Positions 40,181 through 51,408 of a stretch of DNA of 64,000 bases are shown here, in pieces; positions within the stretch are counted from its first letter, which is position 1, and each line of letters begins with the position of its first letter. The DNA comes from Candidatus Bathyarchaeota archaeon (GTDB lineage Archaea > Thermoproteota > Bathyarchaeia > Bathyarchaeales > Bathycorpusculaceae), in contig CAWEPZ010000011.1 of assembly GCA_963811105.1 (NCBI GenBank), forward strand, positions 896,001 through 960,000. Direction: 5' to 3'. The notes beneath the pieces were generated by a model that was given only the letters and a program-made list of their open reading frames with translations, was not told where the DNA came from and did not search any database. Made by a program: the position numbers and the translations under genes.

Positions 40181-43006
40181 TTAAGACCCTTCAGCGCCAT
40201 TACTGATCAGAGAAGATTGGTGCTGTACTACTTGCTTGATGTCTTTTCGTTTTTGGTCCCAATAATTCAGAGTTTCTTCGCTTGTGAAAGGCGCGATTTC
40301 TCTTAGAAACTGGCTTCTTGCTGGTTCCCAAGTGTAAATGGTCAATTCTTCCATAGCTCGAGTTATGGCAACATAAAATAGTCTTCGCTCTTCCTGATTC
40401 TGATCTTGTCGAGGATAATTCTCCCGAGCAGGCTCAAGAATAGAGGAATCTTCAATTTCGCAAGGGAACCCATATGGATCCTTTATTACATTTAGAATGA
40501 AAACGACTTTAGCTTGGAGCCCTTTACATCGATGTACATTCATCAATCGAATTTGATTTTTTTGCGGAGGTTTTCTACCGTTTGAAACTGAAATGCCTAG
40601 TTCCTTAGCTTTTTCAGCAAAACAGTCAACAATTCTTGGGAACCTGTATCTGCTTAAAACCAGAATGTCGTTAGGGGAAACTCCTCCTTGGATGCATTTG
40701 AGTATTTTTTCTGCGCAGTCATCGGACGTTTGTTCATAATAATGTTTCCAGTATTTTTTTAAATGATTGGAGCAGATTACTTTGATTTTTTTACTAACTA
40801 TCTTTTTAGACATCGTTGATTTTGGAATTTGATTTTGACCATTGTTCTTTATGAGGGCTGCTCCCGCGTCAACTATTGTTTTTTGGCTGCGATAATTGGT
40901 TGAAATCGGGGTTACTTCTGGATTTGTGAAGTATTTGTTGAAATTGACGAAGTAATTCAAGTTGGATCCGGAAAAGCCCATTATGCTTTGCCAATCATCG
41001 CCTACACAGAAGAGTTTGCATTTTGGATTTCTTTCTAAAAGAGTTTTTATGAGCCTTTGACGTTGTTCACTTATGTCTTGGTATTCGTCTATCAATATGT
41101 GATCTAATACGTCATAATACAAGTGGCTATCTTGAAGCAAGGCTTCGATTGCTTTGTTAATCATGTCCCCGAAATCTATCTTGTTGGTGTTTTTTAGCCA
41201 TTTTTCGTAGTCGCGGTAAACTTCTAAAGCCATCAAACCGAATGTAGTTTGTTTTAAGTCCCATTTTCCGTTCTTCAGTTTTTCTACTATTCTTTCAGGT
41301 GTTAAATTGTAAGTTTTTGCGTTCTTTATAAATTCAGTTACATTTCTTGAATTTGGGTCTTTGTAAGGCGCCCATGCTATCTCAACGATTTCTTCGTAAC
41401 TCAAAGGAGTAAATACAACGTCGATTTGTTGTTTTTCTTGAAGTTTTTGGATAATTCTATCTTGCAGTATAGTTAAGAATTGTTGGCTTTGGTTTTCGTT
41501 GTATTCATAAGTGAAGGTTTCAACCAGCGATTTTTTGTTTTCCAAGAACCATTTCTTTTTCTTTGCCTTGATTTCTCTATATTTCTCGCCGGATTGATTA
41601 AACCATTTTGGTGGTCTTTCGTCTTTATTCAATCCCCAATGTTCTATGTATAAATCAAACTTGTTTATGTAAAAATCAGGCTTAAACTGGTCTAAGATTG
41701 GCTCATATTGAACTTCGATTTTTTCTCCGTTTATTTTGTGCGTTAGAAGAAAATCCATAATCACCTTTTCAGCTATACTGTTAACTCTGGTATTGTCAAT
41801 GGCGACGTAAACGTCAAATTCTTTTTCTCTTAGAGCAGCATCCTTGTTTTTTGTTGAGGGAGTGTTGTAGAATTTCATGTAATTTAAGAAGAGATGATAA
41901 AAATTGGTGTCGGTGTTTAGTTTATTCTCGTATATTTCTTTGATAGTTCTGTTTGATTCGTTGTCGTTTGCTATATGTTTGTGGAGGATTTTTCGGCCTA
42001 AATGACTCTCATAGATGTCTTTTCCCAATTTATGGAAAGTTCTAACGTTAACCTTATCCACATTGAGGAAATCTGAATTAGATAGTTCCTTAAGTCTTGT
42101 TTTTATTTCATCTTTGGCTTTAGCTTGGAAAGCAATTGCTAAGATTCGATCAGGTTTGATACTGTTCGGTTTTTTTTCTAAAAGATAGGCGATTCTGTTG
42201 ATTAGAACTTCTGTTTTTCCTGACCCGGCGGCGGCAACCACAAGATTATGTTTGTCGTCTTTAATTATCGCGGCTTTTTGATCTTCGTCTAACGAGAATT
42301 TTGCGTTTTTAAAAAGATGAGCATATTCTTCTTTTCTTCTTTCGATAAACTTCGGATTATAACTATCAACAAATTTTTGGTAAGTCACCGATTCTAATTT
42401 AGCCTTGAAATAATAATCATTACCAATTAACCCTGATTGCTTAAAATGGTCCATGTTGTCATTTTGCAATTTCAACTTCAAATTGAAAAGTTCTTTTTCC
42501 GAGAATGTAAGGTACTCTCCATTACAAATTATTCTGGAGATTTCATTGCAAATTAGTTCCTTTCGAAGGTTCAAAAGACCCAATGCTGAATCTGAGAGTA
42601 AATTCAAATAATTTTGATTTGTCTTCGCCAAAATTTCAATCTTATTAAAAGTGAAATAGCTTTCCTTAAGCGCAATCAACCTATCAAACCATTGGTTCAA
42701 GTCCAATTCAGAAATTTCTGAGGCACTGTTTGTGATTTCTCTTATTTGATTTCGAGCGTTTTCAATTTCTTTAAGTTGCTTTTCTATAGAATTGACTATT
42801 GCAGCTTTTTTTACCTTCAAATCGGAAATTTGTTGGTCTAAGTTCTTATTAATTAGGAAATCTAATAGGAAAAATGCAAGTATACGCTTTATGTTTTTCA
42901 AATGTGCTTTTGCCACTATTTCAGTATCAATTCTCTGTAAATCAGCAATAATTGTACCCATCGATATCCCGTTTAAACAACTCAGATAAGAGATACCATT
43001 TTTCAA
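40181..43006 (-). CDS. UvrD-family helicase (helicase IV-like) with inserted PD-(D/E)XK-like domain
   Basis: AAAGSGKT, IDEYQD, CVGDDWQSI.GF.G, NVHRCKGLQA and EERRLFYVAITRA; insert SIAEKVIMDFL...FKPDFYI...YIEHWG. Confidence 0.9.
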   Translation of the reverse strand: MKNGISYLSCLNGISMGTIIADLQRIDTEIVAKAHLKNIKRILAFFLLDFLINKNLDQQISDLKVKKAAIVNSIEKQLKEIENARNQIREITNSASEISELDLNQWFDRLIALKESYFTFNKIEILAKTNQNYLNLLSDSALGLLNLRKELICNEISRIICNGEYLTFSEKELFNLKLKLQNDNMDHFKQSGLIGNDYYFKAKLESVTYQKFVDSYNPKFIERRKEEYAHLFKNAKFSLDEDQKAAIIKDDKHNLVVAAAGSGKTEVLINRIAYLLEKKPNSIKPDRILAIAFQAKAKDEIKTRLKELSNSDFLNVDKVNVRTFHKLGKDIYESHLGRKILHKHIANDNESNRTIKEIYENKLNTDTNFYHLFLNYMKFYNTPSTKNKDAALREKEFDVYVAIDNTRVNSIAEKVIMDFLLTHKINGEKIEVQYEPILDQFKPDFYINKFDLYIEHWGLNKDERPPKWFNQSGEKYREIKAKKKKWFLENKKSLVETFTYEYNENQSQQFLTILQDRIIQKLQEKQQIDVVFTPLSYEEIVEIAWAPYKDPNSRNVTEFIKNAKTYNLTPERIVEKLKNGKWDLKQTTFGLMALEVYRDYEKWLKNTNKIDFGDMINKAIEALLQDSHLYYDVLDHILIDEYQDISEQRQRLIKTLLERNPKCKLFCVGDDWQSIMGFSGSNLNYFVNFNKYFTNPEVTPISTNYRSQKTIVDAGAALIKNNGQNQIPKSTMSKKIVSKKIKVICSNHLKKYWKHYYEQTSDDCAEKILKCIQGGVSPNDILVLSRYRFPRIVDCFAEKAKELGISVSNGRKPPQKNQIRLMNVHRCKGLQAKVVFILNVIKDPYGFPCEIEDSSILEPARENYPRQDQNQEERRLFYVAITRAMEELTIYTWEPARSQFLREIAPFTSEETLNYWDQKRKDIKQVVQHQSSLISNGAEGS

Positions 43007-43208
43007 GTGTTTTCAATATAAAACATTGTTGAATTTGAAATCCTGATTATCAGAATTTTACTTTTCAAAAATTCACCTTTCGCTGTTTAATGTTTGCCGA
43101 AAACGACGGAGCAAAACAAATAGAATTACGATCAAACTCCAAAAAACTTTCCATAAAGTCATTGGAAAAACTACAAGCTGCAAATGTAACTTCTTGTTGG
43201 CTATCAAT

Positions 43209-43606
43209 ATGGTTTTTAATCCTGGTTTGGAAAAAATCAAGTTATCGACAATAATAGGTTATGTTAGATTTTTTTGTGCAGCACTCAAGGTGGAATGAGA
43301 AGAAGCCTCAGAACTAACACGCTGGTCTTAATTAATAACCATACTAAGGCGGTTTATCCAGACCGATGGATTGACGGAGTTCTTCATTATGTTGGCATGG
43401 GTTTGACTGGAGATCAAGACATTAATCATGCTGAGAATATAACATTGTGCCGTTCGCAAACCAACGGTGTTAAAGTACACTTGTTTGAGGTTTTCATTGT
43501 GGGGCAATATAAATACCGTGGCGAAGTAAAAATAGTTGATAGGACCATATCAAAAGTCGGTAGCCGATATCGAAGGAACAACCGATTTGTTGGATCCTAC
43601 AATTAA
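43209..43606 (+). pseudogene. Truncated SRA/YDG-like domain of a modification-dependent restriction enzyme
   Basis: CSTQGGMRRS..TNTLVL, Y.DRW.DGVLHYVGMGLTGDQ and VHLFEVF..GQYKYRGEV. The 5' end is broken and no nuclease domain follows. Confidence 0.7.
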
Positions 43607-43894
43607 GAGTGATATAGCACCTCACTGCCGAAGTGAAAAGATAGGGGTGAGCTGGATGAGTTCTAAGCAAAACCTGAATTGTAAGGTTTCCGTGGAAGTT
43701 ATCACCCAGAGGCTTTCCCGCTTGCCATATAGTCGATGAAAGTTAGGCACGAGGTATTACGGGCTGCTCTTTTAGCCAAAGGATTACTTCTTTGAACTTT
43801 TGGCAGTTTGATGAATCTTTGAGTGCTTCAATTCTAATACTTGGGTATTTGTTCGCAAAGACTTTAGGAATATCGCTGAAAGTAGGTATTTGTA

Positions 43895-44827
43895 TTAACT
43901 TGTTATGGAATTGCTCCAGAGTTTCTTGGGATACTGCCCAAATAGATAACCGAAATCTATCCCCAATCTGCCATCTGTATAAACGGTAAAGGGTGCCACG
44001 GTTCTTCCACCTTTTAAGAAATGTAAGGTGAATGAACCTATTTCTTTTCCTTGGCCAAACCAAATTCTGTCTGCTGTTTCTTTGCTCCAGCTAAACAATT
44101 CCTTAACAATATTAACTAAATCAGAGGGATTTCTCTCTGCGAGAGCTTTTAGGAAGGTTTCTTGATTCCAAGATTTACGTTGACTTACTGTTGTTTTGGT
44201 TGAGTTCCCATGCAAATGCGGGACAAGAATTTCCACGGCATTTGATTGAAATCTGTTCATTTCCAAAGCATGTAAAGAGAATGCAGACTTACCACCGCAT
44301 TCGTTAATGTATCTAATAGTTTGGTTTAGCTCATCGTTGATTTCATCAACTACAATTACAAGGATAAATGAGCCAATTTCTAGGTTCCTGCTGACATTAG
44401 TTCTAAAAAGTTCTTCATCCCATTCACCAACTATAGAGTCAGCCATTAATTCTGCTAAGGGTTTGCCTCTCATTTCTTTAGCTTTTTCGTCGACCCGTTC
44501 ATAACTCATTTGCCACAGGTAGGCGGCATACTCTAAAATTTGCCCGATTACTTTCCGTTTAATTTCCTGATTGGCAGCAAGTTTGCATTCAATCAATGCA
44601 ATATCACCGTGGGCACTAAACGCCAAGATGTCAGTTGCACCTGAACCAGGTAGGCCGAATTCTCCTAATGCTAATAGGAGAGGTGAAGCACCGTCACGGA
44701 TCTCGTCGATCGTTATTAGCGAGGGAGATTCGATGAGTAGTTTTTGAAGTTCAGATTCAGCTTTTGCCTTAATAGCATCGGCAATGAGCCATTTTTTCGA
44801 TTTTTGGTCTCTAATCAGAATTCTCAT
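43895..44827 (-). CDS. NucS/EndoMS-like PD-(D/E)XK endonuclease; C-terminus may continue into ORF 43743-44063 by frameshift
   Basis: ESELQKLL...P, TDILAF..GDIALIECKL and KVIGQILEYAA. Confidence 0.75.
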   Translation of the reverse strand: MRILIRDQKSKKWLIADAIKAKAESELQKLLIESPSLITIDEIRDGASPLLLALGEFGLPGSGATDILAFSAHGDIALIECKLAANQEIKRKVIGQILEYAAYLWQMSYERVDEKAKEMRGKPLAELMADSIVGEWDEELFRTNVSRNLEIGSFILVIVVDEINDELNQTIRYINECGGKSAFSLHALEMNRFQSNAVEILVPHLHGNSTKTTVSQRKSWNQETFLKALAERNPSDLVNIVKELFSWSKETADRIWFGQGKEIGSFTLHFLKGGRTVAPFTVYTDGRLGIDFGYLFGQYPKKLWSNSITS

Positions 44828-45908
44828 TTTTTCCCTCGGCTTACCTCTTGATTCTCAAAACTTTTAGCTATAGTGTCTATTATTGTTGGTTGAATGTGCC
44901 CTTGAAGTCCTTCTACACGTGAAAGCAGCTTGCTTAATTCCTCAAGAGGTATGAATTTACAGTACTCGTTTAAACCGATTTTTTGAAAGGTGGGTCTTGT
45001 TATTTCAGATCTTACTTTGTCTTCGCGATCCTTGGGAGCAACAATGTACAAGTTGATTTTTAGCGATGGCACAACCGAGAGCAAATCAGACATTCGCAGA
45101 AGCCCAGAGAATATTGAAGTGGTTGTTTCAACCTCAAATGCGCAAATTGGCGAATTTCTGAGTATCCAAATTACATCTATTAGGCTTATTTTCCGGACTG
45201 CTTCTTCGTTTAATCCAAAGTTTGGCAAATTTTTTAGGCATTCTTCGCCAAGTTGTTTGCCTTGAATTGTTTTTCCTCTATCATTAGATGCGACATAAAC
45301 TGAGCATCCGGTTGCTTTTCCCAATGTGGCAAGGGCATATTCCGCTTGAGAATGGCGGGAAGTTTCTTCATCGGTTTGAGGTTCTACCATATTATTCAGT
45401 TGGTTCTTTAGTTGTGGTTTCTCGGTTATCTTGGGCTTTTTTGTTTGGTTTTCTCTTTCTTGTTTTGCTTCCTCAAGAAATAAATCAAGCCCGGATTGAA
45501 TTGGGGTAAGATTGTTTTTTTGTTCGAAGATTGTTTTAATCAGAGTTTCAGCTTGTTTGCCTTCAATAATGCTTTGTGTTAGTATACCCCATCCATAGTT
45601 TGGCCCCCAAGCAGAGGTAAGAACTCTCTAACCTCACCTAGAATCGGCACTCGGTTGTCTTTGTCAATACATGAGTAAATTTTATCGGTATCCTATATGG
45701 AAAAACACCGTTGTCCCAAACTGCGTCGGTTGAATGAAAGGGTTTACCTGATACCAGTTGCATAACCAGCCAATGCCTTATCCACAATGAATACCAAGTA
45801 ATCGTTTTCTTGCCAGTCTTTGAATCTGGCAGATTTGCTTCCCCAAAGAGAATACTTAAAGCAAGTTAAGAATTGGTATTCGTCAACTTTTGTAATTCGC
45901 AAACGCAT
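44824..45908 (-). CDS. EVE-domain + PD-(D/E)XK nuclease fusion, frameshifted
   Basis: From ATG 45908: YSLWGSK...ENDYLVFIV...GKPFHSTDAVWDNGVFPYRIPI (EVE-like). The C-terminal ORF has IDVIW...AFEVETTTSIFSGLLRMSDL. Confidence 0.72.
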
Positions 45909-46039
45909 CGATTTCACGATTACTAATTAAGAGGAGTTTTTATTAAAAGACTTGTTATTGTCTTTTCTTAACTTTTCAAATAAAACAAGTCTTTTGGAAT
46001 TAAGGACAAATATTTTCCTCTTTTTCAGCGTTTTATAGC

Positions 46040-49000
46040 TCATAAAGCTTCTTTTAGTCTATTTATTCCTTGTTGAACATTCGCGTAATGAATTGCGAAT
46101 ACTCTGTATCCAAGTGCGCGTATTTTCTTTCGTTTCTCTTCATCATCTTTTTTGACGTAGTCTTCTTCATGTGCGGGGCCGTCTACGAAGAGTGCGATGT
46201 TTTGTTGTTTGTAGTAGAAGTCGGGTTTTGCTATGCGCACGTCTTTGTCGTATATTATGTGTTGAGCTTCGTCTGGCAGAGGCAGCCCTTCATCTGCGAT
46301 CTTTTGCAGAACTGTCCGTTCGAGTTCTGAATCACATGCTTTCAGCAGCTCTTCTAGTTTCTGCTTTTGATTGGCTGGTGGGGTGTGGTTTGTTTTTGCG
46401 TTTTCCAGTAGTCGTAGCGTTGGCAGGATTAGGTTTCTGTCGAGTTTTTCGTGGTCTCGCTGGTTGTAGTAGTTTAGTAGGCATTCGTAGCATGCTTTGT
46501 TGCATCCTGCTTGTTGGGTCGTGTTCATGCAGGAGTTCTCTGGTCTTTTCGATAATATTTGTGAATCCTGGCGTTGTGGTTAGGGCTTTGATGGCGCCTG
46601 TGCCGCCTCCTGCAGTTTCATAGAGGATTATGTCGTATCTTGAGGGGTCGGTTTGTTCTTGGGTTATGAAGCCATCTACTTCGCTTTCGTCTAAGTTGAG
46701 TGCTATTTGCATGCCTTGGAGAAGTGCTTCTTGGAGTGTGAGGTAGTAAGGCTTGTGTTTGGTCTTGTTTGAGGTTTTTGGGTGGTGGAATTTTGAGGGT
46801 TGCTACGTCGTGGGTTCCGACTGTGAAGAGTATCTATGCCTTTGATTATGTCTTCTTCTTGGGCGTTTTTTGGGCAGTGAGAGTTTGATTCTGGGTCGAT
46901 GTGTTCTTCTATTCGGTCGTCGCCAAATAGCCATCGGTTGCAGGCTGAGCAGAGCACAAATCCTGCGTCTTGGCCGTCTTCTTGGTTTCTGGTTGTGCCC
47001 TTGTTTAAGTGGATGATTTGTCCGTTGTGCTCATAGCAGTATTTTTAGTGATAAGTCGTTGTTGGTAGTTATGTCGTATTCTTGGATTTTGTCGCTTGCT
47101 TCATAGTGAGTCGATGTTTGATAGCCTAGTCGCATGCGTTCTTCTTCGTCGCTTGTGATTCTTAGTCTGCGTATTGCGTACATGTCTGGTAGTTGCATGG
47201 CGTTGGGGTTTGGGTGCTCGCCGGTTAGGGGTTTTTGGCATTTTGGACATGCCGCGGCGGTTTTGGCTGTTTCGCCTCTGAGGACGTTTTGGCAGTTGGG
47301 GCAGATTAGCAGGTATTCTCTGACGGGTTTTTGGTTCATTACTTTTGGTCTGGCGTAAGCGACTTGGTATTTGGCGCCTTGGTAAGTAGATGGTGTTTCC
47401 TGGTGCAAATTCTGATAGGGCTATCACGTTGTCTCTTTGGATTTCGTTTTCTGATTCGCTAAGTGACAGGACGATGTTGCTGCTTGGGAAGCCGTAGTTT
47501 GGCAGGAAGCCTTGGGCTGAGAGGTAGCGGTATATGTAGAAGTCTTTTTCGCCTTCTCGCATGTTATTGAGTTTTTGAGCTATGGCTTCGATGCGGTTTC
47601 TGTCTTGGCTTGATGGACCTTCTTTTCTGTTTTTGGCGCTTAAGTCTTGGTGTTCCCTATCAAGGGTTGCGTATTCTTTTCGCCAGTATTCCAGTGCGCT
47701 TTCAAAGTGATCTAAGAAGGAGTCGATGGTTTGGTTGACGAAGGCTTCTGTGAACCATGGATAGCTTGCCATTTCCAAGAGAGAAGGCGCTTTTTGCGGA
47801 CTCGCTTATTCTTTGTTTTGCATCTGCAACTTTTTTTGATAGACTAGTTTTTGTAGTCGGGCATCATGGGGTAGTTTGGTTCTTCAAGGTCTAGGATTTT
47901 GCCTATGCCTGTTTCGAGTTTTGTCTCCATGGTTTCCAAGATGAGTGAGTGCAGGTGTGTTGTGATGAGTTGTTTGTTGTCTAGCATAAATCGTGGGTGA
48001 TGTTATTTTTCCTGAGACTATCTTTTCGGGGAATCGGTAGAAGTATTGGTCGTGTGGTCCTCTTGCAATGCCGCTTCCGCAGAATGTGGTGATTATGGAG
48101 GGTTGGCTTTTTCTTCCTGCGCGTCCTGCTCTTTGGGCGTAGTTGCTTGGGCTTGGGGGAACGTTTCTCATGTATATTGCTGAGAGCTCGCCTATGTCTA
48201 TGCCCAGCTCCATTGTTGGAGTGCAAACAAGCACGTTTAGGGGGTCATTTTGGGAGCGGAATTTTGCTTCAATTTTCTTTCTCTCGTCACCATCTAGTTG
48301 GCCGCTGTGTTCTTGGGCTTGAATGGTAACTGTGTCTTTGAACGGTTGAGAGTAGGCTAATCTGAAATAGTTCTTTTCGAAGTCCCTTTCTTGGAGTTGC
48401 CCACAGTCTGACGCCTGTGCAAAAGTCTATGGTTGTCTGGTGGTGAATTAAGCCACATTTTGGGCAGACTTTATGTTTGGTTTTGTTTAGGGCTTGAAGT
48501 TGAATATATTCGGTGTCAAGCATGTAGACTTCGCCCAAGGGTCATGCCTCTGTATCCTTTAACAGGCACTGGAGTTAGAATGGGCAAAAGTTCTTTGTCG
48601 GATAGGATATCTGATAACTTGAGTTAGCAATTGAGCGGCTTCATCACGGTTTAAGCCTAAGACTCTTTGTGTCCATATCATCAGTCGGCTTTTTGGTCCA
48701 GTTATTCTAAGGACATATTTGGTTCTGTCTCCTTTGCGTGCGGTGTCTGAATAACCCATGATTGTTCCGGGTGCTTCTGCGCCTATGTCAAATTGGCATT
48801 CTTCAGTTAGTTTAGAGATTATTTCGTGTTCTGAATTCTCTTTGATTGAGAATGTCTTTGTGGTTGATTGCACGTTTACTTCTAAAGATGTCTAAGATGC
48901 CTGTCAGGTAGTCTTGTCTTTCTGCTGGTGAGAGAGTTGCAAGGGGTTTGATGTTTTTCCAGACATCGTCATCTTTTGATAAGCCTTCAAGACCGTTATA

Positions 49001-51328
49001 GATTACTTGGACTAATCCGACTTCTTCGAGGTTTCTTTGGTTTTTTCTTGTAGATGAGCCAAGGTCTAAGACCACGTTATATTCTAGATAGCGTTGATAT
49101 GCTTCGTCGGCGTCTGTTGTTTTAACGTATTTACCTCTTGCCCTTGCATAATCTGGGATGACGTCGTTGTTCTCCATGGTTTTGAATATTTTAATTCCAG
49201 TTCTGTTACGTCGAGGGCTTTGTCTGTTCCTTCAATATAGCCGCCGTCTTTGAGGGCATAGTAGAGTGCTTGTCTGAATTGGATTCTTTTTTGCAGGTTA
49301 TTCATGTGAGCTGCTTGTAGGGCTGTGTCTTGGCGGCTGTCTGAGAACGCGATTAATTTTCTTTCGTTGGGTGAGAGTTTTGAAACTATGCTTGAGACCA
49401 GAACGTCTGTTCCGGTGCTTCTGCCGATTGAGCCAAACGTGAATAGTTTGCTGAATTCTCTTGATCTTTTGTCATAGTAGACTCCACATGTGGGGCAGAA
49501 AAGAAACGGTGATGGAACAATGTTACTTCCAAGCTTGTCTTTGCAGCTGCAGGTTGTGTCTATTTTGTTGCAGTCTGGGCAGTAGATTGCTTTTCGGGGT
49601 CTTGCTTCATTATGTTTTGCTTTAAGCTGTTGTTCTTCTTTATCATACCATTCTGCTGGAAACGGAACAGTCTTCTTCATTGAATGTTCCTATTTGTAGG
49701 TAAGCGTTTGTTCCTTGGGTTTCTACCATGTCGATGTCTCTGGGGTAGAGCGTATTATCTTCGGCTATGGTGACGCCGTAGAATTCTTGTCCGCAGGCTC
49801 GGCAGAAGTTGAGGGGGAAGGTGGCTCTTGTTTTCTGGTTTTTAGCGCAGGTTGGGCAGGTGCTTTCTCCTCGTTCGTTTAGGTGTGGTCCATCTTTTGT
49901 TAGGCAAGTTGTGATTGTTTTGCCTTGAGAGAAGAAGGTGTGGATTTTTGGGACGAATTTGGGTTGTTGGCTGCCAAGGATTTCCACTGTTCCAACTGAA
50001 CCTGCGAAGAGTGCCGCTTTTAGTTCCTTTGCAGCAGTCTTCCATCTGAGAAGTTTGGTCGATGTTTTTCCTTGTATTCTTTGAGGATAGTTCCTAGTGA
50101 ATGAGAGTTTTCTGAGAGTTTGTCTTCGAGGAATTGGACTGTTTGCTGGGCGGATAGGATTTTGCCTATGGCTTCTGCTGTTTTGTCTTGGTCGGCTATG
50201 GTGGTTCCTGTTAATGCTTCTGTTAAGACGATGGCTTTTTCGAGGGTTCCGTCAAATTGCTCCAGCATTGCATTGGTGACATGGATTGCTGAGGGCAGTG
50301 GGTTGGCGTTGGGTCTTGATGTTTTGAGGTAATGTTCTCCGATGACGTGGGCTGGCTGGAAGTCTTCGCTAAAGAGCGTTTTTGCAAATTGAGCGATGAG
50401 TTCTTCGCCTTTCTCTCCTTTTTCGCTTTGGACTGTGGCGCTTGTGCCAATGCACCGTAGTTTGCCAATTGTACCTGTTCGTTGTTTTAGTCGTCGGATT
50501 AGGCAGGCGACGTCAGCGCCTTTTTTGCCTGAGTAAGTGTGAATTTCGTCTAGAACAAGGAACTTGAGGCGGCTTTTTGGTCTTTAGGGAAAAGTTTTCT
50601 GTCTTCAAAACGAGTCAGAAGCAGTTCCAGCATGACGTAGTTGGTCATGAGTATGTCAGGCGGATTAGCTTGGATCTCATCTCTGGACAAGAGCTCGCTA
50701 TCATAAGGTTCTTCTCTGCCAGTGGCGGTTTTGAGAGCTGCCCTTGCCTCCTCAGGACTATTCTTAGTATCGCCCGTGTAGAGCCCAATCTTTAACCCAG
50801 ACCCATGCAGCCTCTGCGCAAAATCCTCATACTGACTATTAGCCAAAGCATTCATAGGATAAACAATAATCGCCTTAATCCCGCTTAAGCCCTTGATCAC
50901 GCATCCTAAGGCATTCACTAACAATCGGAATACCAAAGCAGAAGCTCTTCCCTGAACTAGTCCCCGTAGTAACAAGAGTGTTAGCGTTATCTCTTAGAAT
51001 CGAGAGAATAGCTTCACTTTGATGTTTGTAAGGAGTAACTGGGACTACCCGTTAGTTTTCCAGAGGCATCCTTTTTTGAGAAAATTTTTAGAACGTTTTT
51101 ATGAAGAATACCCTCGTCTACTAACTTTTGAAGAGAATCGCCCTGTTCAAAACGACGATTAAGCTGAATATAGGGATCTTTCCAAAGAAGAGTACCTTCA
51201 GCAATCTTGTCCTGAACCCACTTCTCGATTATAGGGCTTCTAATCTTTTGAAAAGTATAGACATAAGTTCTGTAAGTATCCTGAACATATGATAGAGTTT
51301 CAAAGGGGTTCATGTTCTCACCGAGCAC
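46040..51328 (-). CDS. Large YprA-family DEAH helicase with DUF1998 and C-terminal Vsr/DUF559-like nuclease (DrmA+DrmB fusion-like); ten or more frameshifts
   Basis: Motifs occur in order across the fragments: TTGTSSGKS, YPMNALANSQ, TNYVMLELLL, LDEIHTY, IGTSAT, FSDSRQD, CTPTMELGIDIG, NYAQRAGRAGR, GFLPNYGFP, EFAPGN, YETAGGGTG, CNKACYECLLNYYNQ and KPDFYY..FVDGPAH. Confidence 0.88.
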
Positions 51329-51408
51329 TGAAGATGAAATTTAGATATAGTATAGTGCATCTGCACTTAAGGTTTAAGACCAGTCTTTTTTTGTATCCTA
51401 TGTATTCT

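Noticed and set aside
46040-51328. The dozen short ORFs as separate genes, or as programmed frameshifting
   Set aside because: Helicase motifs run colinearly through them as one gene, and no consistent slippery motif was seen at the breaks.
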